Assembly (NCBI GenBank): GCA_043819155.1
Contig: JBDRFC010000001.1
Location: 1 to 50,259 of the forward strand
Length of the DNA stretch: 50,259 nt
Direction of reading: 5' to 3'
From: Chloroflexota bacterium
GTDB lineage: Bacteria; Chloroflexota; Dehalococcoidia; Dehalococcoidales; G020351185
Shown here: positions 45,533 to 50,259 of the stretch, one piece after another
Numbering within the stretch: position 1 is the stretch's first letter
Layout of the letters: every line of letters begins with the position of its first letter
Program-made: the position numbers and the translations under genes
Notes under the pieces: generated by a model
The model's input: only the letters and a program-made list of their open reading frames with translations
The model's database searches: none
Told to the model about the DNA's origin: nothing

Positions 45533-47142
45533 CGCAGCACAATAACAGACTGGGTATCGTTGTCTCTGGTTCGCTGAACAAAGGGGTAGAGGTGCGGCTG
45601 GACGGTGGTGTATCGGTGGAGGATATGGTGGTCGGGCGCTATGTAACCATAGAGGGGAAGAAACGGCGCTTCTTCGGTATGATAAATGATGTCAGCCTGG
45701 GAGTTACCGACCCCCACCTCACCCTGACGCCGCCGGATACAGCCGACCCTTTCCTGACTGAAGTACTGGCTGGCACCAGCACCTACGGGCAGCTACAGGT
45801 AATGCCCTATCTCACTATAAGTGGTGATGTTGCCAGTTTGGTTGAAGGCCCGCAACCCGTAAAAACAATCCCCAGCCATTTTTCGATGGTCAATCTGGCA
45901 CAGGATAGCGATATAGAGCTTGTCTTCGGCAAGGAGGATAGGGAAAGGTTCTGGATAGGTAATCCGCTGGATATGGAGACAAAACTGTGTCTCAATCTGC
46001 CCGAACTTGTAAAACGCTCCAACGGCATCTTCGGCAAGAGCGGCACCGGCAAGACCTTCCTTACCCGCATGCTGCTTATCGGCATGCTGCAAAAGGGCGC
46101 CTGTGTCAATCTGGTCTTCGATATGCACAGTGAGTATGGTTGGGAAGGAAGCAGTGAAAAAGGGCGAAAAGTCAAAGCCCTTAAGCAGCTCTTTCCGTCA
46201 AAGGTAGCCGTATTCGCTCTAGATGAGGAAAGCTCAAGACGCCGCAAGGTCAGCACCGACTTTATCGTCAAGATAGGTTACGACGAGATAGATCCGGAGG
46301 ACATATCGCTGCTGCGTCAGACGCTAAACCTCACCGACCAGGCAGTCGAAGCCGTTTACCAGATGAAACGCCGCTTTGGCAAAGACTGGCTGCAACGCAC
46401 CTCGGAACTGGATGACTCCGAGGAAACAAAGGAGATATTAAACCAGCTTAATATACATGATAGCACCTTTCAGAACCTGCAGCGGGGGCTCAACACCATC
46501 CGGCGGCTGCCATTCATACAGCAGCAGGCTTCCCAGAAAGCGGTACAGCAGGTATTGGAGTACCTCGGGCGGGGGACAAACGTAGTGCTGGAATTTGGCA
46601 GATATACCGACATCACCGCCTATATACTGGTAGCCAACCTGCTCACCCGCCGTATCTATTCTCAGTACCGGGAGAGAACGGAGAGGGCAATGGCAGAAGG
46701 CATCGCCTACCCTACCCCGCTGGTCATCACTATAGAGGAGGCACACAAGTTCCTCAACCCGGAGGTAGCCGGGCAGACAATCTTCGGCACCATTGCCCGT
46801 GAAATGCGTAAATACAATACCACCCTGCTGGTAATAGACCAGCGCCCCAGCGGCATCGACGACGAGGTTATGTCACAACTTGGCACCAAAATAACCTGCC
46901 TGCTGGATAATGAGAGAGACAGGGACAGCGTCCTTGCCGGCACTCCTGGCAAGGGAGAGTTGAAATCGGTGCTAGCCAAACTGGCATCCAAACAGCAGGC
47001 ACTCATCTTCGGTCATGCCGTGCCGATGCCGGTGGCTTTCCAACCCCGCGAATACGGCTCCGCCGAATCATATAAAGGTTTTATGAACCCTGATGAGAGT
47101 GATGAACAGGCGGAAAAGGATATAGAAGAGCTATGGGATTGA
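45529..47142 (+). CDS. herA: HerA/FtsK-superfamily ATPase (DUF87-type helicase)
   Basis: 537 aa. It has its own N-terminal HAS barrel (RLGIVVSGS..VEVRLDGG..VGRYVTIEG), Walker A GIFGKSGTGKT, Walker B LVITIEEAHKFL, and LLVIDQRPSGIDDEVMSQLGTKI. Confidence 0.82.
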   Translation: MTQHNNRLGIVVSGSLNKGVEVRLDGGVSVEDMVVGRYVTIEGKKRRFFGMINDVSLGVTDPHLTLTPPDTADPFLTEVLAGTSTYGQLQVMPYLTISGDVASLVEGPQPVKTIPSHFSMVNLAQDSDIELVFGKEDRERFWIGNPLDMETKLCLNLPELVKRSNGIFGKSGTGKTFLTRMLLIGMLQKGACVNLVFDMHSEYGWEGSSEKGRKVKALKQLFPSKVAVFALDEESSRRRKVSTDFIVKIGYDEIDPEDISLLRQTLNLTDQAVEAVYQMKRRFGKDWLQRTSELDDSEETKEILNQLNIHDSTFQNLQRGLNTIRRLPFIQQQASQKAVQQVLEYLGRGTNVVLEFGRYTDITAYILVANLLTRRIYSQYRERTERAMAEGIAYPTPLVITIEEAHKFLNPEVAGQTIFGTIAREMRKYNTTLLVIDQRPSGIDDEVMSQLGTKITCLLDNERDRDSVLAGTPGKGELKSVLAKLASKQQALIFGHAVPMPVAFQPREYGSAESYKGFMNPDESDEQAEKDIEELWD

Positions 47143-47143
47143 G

Positions 47144-47956
47144 ATGAAAAAAAGAAAGGTTGGACTAGCTCTGGGCGGTGGCGGCGGCAGGGGAATGGCT
47201 CATATCGGCGTCCTTGAAGTCCTGGAAAAGGAGAGTATCCACATTGATATGGTTGCCGGCACCAGCGCCGGCGCTGCCATCGGCGCCCTCTTTGCCCAGG
47301 GTAAAAACGCCGATGATATAAAGGCATTAGCCAGAAACTGGGACTGGAAACACCGAGCCCAGATTATAGACCTGGCTCTATCAAAAAGTGGTTTTATCGC
47401 CGGTAAGAAGGTTAAGGAGTTCCTGAAATCAATCATCGGCGACGTAGAGTTCAGCGATCTGAAGCTGCCTTTCGCCTGCGTTGCCACCGATGTTATAACC
47501 GGCGAAGAGGTGGTGATCAACCAGGGCTCGGTGCTGGAAGCCGTCAGAGCCAGTATTTCGATGCCGATAATATTTACTGTTGTTAAATGGCAGGGCAGAT
47601 ATCTGGTTGATGGTGGACTGGTGAACCCGGTGCCGGTAAGTGTGTTAAAGGATATGGGGGCAGATTTTATCATTGCCGTCAATGTAACTCCGCGTATGTC
47701 AATCAAACAGGAACGAGTCTATCCGGGGGAAACAACCATAAAAGAGCCGAATATATTCAATATTATAATGAAGATGTTCAGCATCGCTAATTCCCAGCTA
47801 GTCGAAGCCAGCCTCGAAGGTGCCGATGTAATAATTGAGCCCCGCCTGGAAGGTATTGGAATTGGTGATTTTAACCATATTGATAAATGTATTCTTGAAG
47901 GTGGTCTTTCTGCAATCGACGCCGTCATTAAAATAAAAGGGTTGTTAGCCGCCTGA
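47144..47956 (+). CDS. patatin-like phospholipase
   Basis: 270 aa. It has the oxyanion hole GLALGGGGGRG, the nucleophile elbow GTSAG and the catalytic Asp in VDGGLVNPVP. It starts 1 nt after the herA stop. Confidence 0.88.
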   Translation: MKKRKVGLALGGGGGRGMAHIGVLEVLEKESIHIDMVAGTSAGAAIGALFAQGKNADDIKALARNWDWKHRAQIIDLALSKSGFIAGKKVKEFLKSIIGDVEFSDLKLPFACVATDVITGEEVVINQGSVLEAVRASISMPIIFTVVKWQGRYLVDGGLVNPVPVSVLKDMGADFIIAVNVTPRMSIKQERVYPGETTIKEPNIFNIIMKMFSIANSQLVEASLEGADVIIEPRLEGIGIGDFNHIDKCILEGGLSAIDAVIKIKGLLAA

Positions 47957-47997
47957 TATTGTGAATTGCTAATGAAACTGCGGCATTGCTATAATAG

Positions 47998-49740
47998 TTA
48001 CACGGGGCTGTAGCTCAGTCGGGAGAGCGCCTCCTTTGCAAGGAGGAAGTCAGGAGTTCGAGTCTCCTCAGCTCCACCAAAGGTCACTTTTGCAAAACCA
48101 GTCTGCTCCCTCCCATTATTTACTCCAGCGAGGTTTAACCGGCAAAATATTTTCCTCGACTTCAAGTCCTCCGAAGGTACGATCTTAATCCCAAGCTTAG
48201 CTACTAAGTCAACCTTCTCCTTGAAAGTCGACTCCATCAGATTTCGATCCCTGATAGCTTTCAGTTCCCTCCGTAACATCTCAGCCTCGATAGTGCTGAG
48301 ATTTCTATTCGCCATTTGATCACCAAGTTTTTGAATTTCCGATTCTGCCCTAGCAATCGCTTGACGGTATTCGGTAAGTTTAGCCTGGACTTCATCCGTT
48401 GTGTAGAAACCCTTCTCCCATCCCTCCTGTACCTTACTTATTCGTGTTTTTATCTGGCTAATTTTCAGTTGCTCCATTCTGATGAGCTTTTCTAGATCCG
48501 CACTATGCGATAACTCTGCTACCATTTGCTTTTCCAACCAGGTGTCATTACCAAGCATGGCGCAAATCTCCTCCCAGATCTCATCGTCCCAAGTTCCCGG
48601 AACAAAACGGTTATAGATACAAGGGTTCTTAAGCCATGGGCAGTAATGTGCCCGACAGTAGTAATACACCTGGCTGCTGCCCCGCTTACGCAGTACTGAC
48701 ATCGGTTTTTCACATCTCGGGCAAAGCATCCGGGTTCGAAACAATGCTTGAATCCTTTTACCTTGCTTGCCCCTACCACGGCCTCTATCCCTGAGGTTTT
48801 TATTGGCTCTTAACCACAGTTCCTCGGTTATAAGCGATGGAACATCAAAAGTTACCTTCTCATCTTCGGGCTTCGGTCGGACAAGTGTTCTTTTTATACC
48901 CAGAGTCAAATCACCAAGAGGTTTTTCTGGATTGGGAACACGACCATTTGCATTGTATTCAGCTTTCCCAGTATAACACCTGCGACCAGCTATCTTGATT
49001 ACTGTCTTGGGAGCCCAAGTTGTTCGGTAGGGAGGTTTAATCCCGATCTCATTCAATTTGCTGGCAACCCAATAGGCAGTACGACCTTCATCTCCGATCC
49101 AAATAAAAATCTGTATCACTACCCAAGCCGGACTCCCACATATTAGTTTTCCATCCGGTCCCAGTTCATCTATCTCCCACCAAGCACGGAGCACTTTAGC
49201 TCTGCCCGTCCGGGATTCGATAATCTTTTCGGTACGGTAAATGTAGCCATAGCCTGCTCTATGCGCAGGTGCTTTGCCTGAAAGAACGCGGGCAATATTC
49301 CCGGCCAAGGCATTATCACGGTTGCATTTCACCCTTAAAGCGTTTGCCTGGGCTTGGATGAGCCTGGTCGTCTGGCTTCCCCAATCTTCACCTCCAGGAG
49401 CGTCTCCATAGACCACCTGTACACCGTAGTAAGCACACTCTCTTTCGAAGGTTAATTGATGTAGAGGGTCTGCAGACAGGCGCCCTTGGAAAGGAATGAT
49501 AATACCGATTATTCGTCTACCTGCTATCAACTCTCTTCGTAACCAAATCATACCAGGTCGATTTAAGTTCTCACTAGACTCTGCATCGTAATCGTATATG
49601 ATGTATTCCCGTGGAACGAGGCTACCATTTTGCTTGGCCAGTCTAGCACAGGTAAGAAGATATTCTCCGAGGCGGTCATTCTCTGCTTGCTCTCTTGTCG
49701 ACTGTCTTGCATATGCTACCCACCAATGATTCAGGTTCAA
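47998..49740 (-). CDS. large serine recombinase/integrase
   Basis: 580 aa. It has the resolvase catalytic region VAYARQSTREQ...NRPGM...GRLSAD, a recombinase domain, a Zn ribbon CPRCEKP...YYYCRAHYC and a coiled coil. The TTG start is at 49740. The last ~27 codons are the antisense of tRNA-Ala. Confidence 0.85.
   Translation of the reverse strand: MNLNHWWVAYARQSTREQAENDRLGEYLLTCARLAKQNGSLVPREYIIYDYDAESSENLNRPGMIWLRRELIAGRRIIGIIIPFQGRLSADPLHQLTFERECAYYGVQVVYGDAPGGEDWGSQTTRLIQAQANALRVKCNRDNALAGNIARVLSGKAPAHRAGYGYIYRTEKIIESRTGRAKVLRAWWEIDELGPDGKLICGSPAWVVIQIFIWIGDEGRTAYWVASKLNEIGIKPPYRTTWAPKTVIKIAGRRCYTGKAEYNANGRVPNPEKPLGDLTLGIKRTLVRPKPEDEKVTFDVPSLITEELWLRANKNLRDRGRGRGKQGKRIQALFRTRMLCPRCEKPMSVLRKRGSSQVYYYCRAHYCPWLKNPCIYNRFVPGTWDDEIWEEICAMLGNDTWLEKQMVAELSHSADLEKLIRMEQLKISQIKTRISKVQEGWEKGFYTTDEVQAKLTEYRQAIARAESEIQKLGDQMANRNLSTIEAEMLRRELKAIRDRNLMESTFKEKVDLVAKLGIKIVPSEDLKSRKIFCRLNLAGVNNGREQTGFAKVTFGGAEETRTPDFLLAKEALSRLSYSPV
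48004..48079 (+). tRNA. tRNA-Ala (anticodon UGC), CCA encoded
   Basis: Cloverleaf: acceptor GGGGCUG/CAGCUCC with the G3:U70 Ala identity pair, D arm GCUC/GAGC, anticodon stem CCUCC/GGAGG, loop UUUGCAA, T arm AGGAG-UUCGAGU-CUCCU, then ACCA. Confidence 0.95.
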
Positions 49741-49849
49741 GTCGCATCCTGTGATGCCGAACCCATCCTCATAACCAGTTGTTTTGGACGCTTCACGAAT
49801 ATATTGATCTAAACGTTATTCATTCATAGCTGGTCTGCGTACCATTCTT

Positions 49850-50110
49850 CTACCTCCTAAATAACCAGTTTTGTATCCTAGAATTGTTATCGTCGGAAAC
49901 TGAAGGCTGTACGAATTCCCACACTGTATCAGCCTCCTCGGTTTCCCTCTGCCCCTCCCTTACTAAAAAGGACCACAGGTAACGCATTTTAAATGCGGTT
50001 TCCAGTACCTTGGCTTGATTAGTTTCGGTATCTTCGCCGAAATAACGAACTGCCAAGTCGTGAACCTTAGCGGCCATGTCTTCACTCATTTGTACGTTTA
50101 GTTCTACCAT
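49850..50110 (-). CDS. hypothetical protein, ribbon-helix-helix-like N-terminus (86 aa)
   Basis: MVELNVQMSEDMAAKVHDLAVRYFG shows a beta-strand + helix pattern. Its last codons contain the AGGAGG that precedes the integrase leader. Confidence 0.5.
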   Translation of the reverse strand: MVELNVQMSEDMAAKVHDLAVRYFGEDTETNQAKVLETAFKMRYLWSFLVREGQRETEEADTVWEFVQPSVSDDNNSRIQNWLFRR

Positions 50111-50258
50111 TTTGATTACAGTATCTCCAAAAGCGCTTGAGGCAGTCTCTAACTAATCTATTTTCTGAAAACAAGCCTTGGCCGGGCCAAAGGCACTTAG
50201 CCTCCCTTTTAATCTGTTCTAACAATTCAGTGGTGATGTTAAATGTAAATTTTGGCAT
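50082..50258 (-). CDS. possible small ribbon-helix-helix protein (58 aa); not in ORF track, may start beyond the window
   Basis: The ATG at 50258 gives MPKFTFNITTELLEQIKREAK... (CopG-like strand-helix). It overlaps the next gene by 29 nt. Confidence 0.3.
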   Translation of the reverse strand: MPKFTFNITTELLEQIKREAKCLWPGQGLFSENRLVRDCLKRFWRYCNQNGRTKRTNE

Positions 50259-50259
50259 G

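Larger units (their letters stand above)
47998..50259. mobile_element. left end of an integrative element (island/prophage) at tRNA-Ala; continues beyond the window
   Basis: A serine integrase abuts and overlaps the tRNA 3' end, and small RHH-like genes lie upstream. No second att copy is visible inside the window. Confidence 0.5.

Noticed and set aside
47200-47706. 168-aa minus-strand ORF
   Set aside because: It is antisense to the patatin gene, whose catalytic motifs are clear, so it is a shadow ORF.

Overview
This 50.3 kb window looks like a bacterial chromosome segment. The gene content is consistent with Dehalococcoidia/Chloroflexota: a class II NrdJ with NrdR, a dcw cluster reduced to mraZ-rsmH-ftsA-ftsZ with no murein genes, and a large Ig-repeat surface protein. 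This taxonomic placement is inference only. The core genes are proS (5' partial), pheST, an S41 protease, RNase P RNA, rnhA, rpsU, yqeY, nrdR-nrdJ-NYN-radical SAM, ftsZ/ftsA/rsmH/mraZ, trmD, rplS, priA, cca, secDF, a CDF transporter, a deacetylase and LysE. Three accessory regions stand out. (1) 8.3-21.1 kb is a phage-like head/short-tail structural cluster: small terminase, a large terminase broken by in-frame stops, portal, scaffold, capsid, adaptor-like proteins and hub/spike-like proteins. I could recognise no integrase, replication or lysis genes in it. It is split by an oppositely oriented HTH plus 893-aa surface-protein operon. Its two forward units share a 17-nt dyad motif. (2) 35.4-36.5 kb is a small divergent XRE/XRE module with a consensus promoter that gives a near-leaderless mRNA. 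(3) 43.0-48.0 kb is a co-directional cassette of NurA nuclease, 4-TM protein, Lys-rich micropeptide, stand-alone HAS-barrel protein, HerA ATPase and patatin phospholipase. It abuts a tRNA-Ala that is overlapped antisense by a large serine recombinase of an island running off the window. The NurA/HerA/patatin cassette is my best candidate for an undescribed (defence-like) system. All calls rest on reading motifs by eye; no database search was possible.
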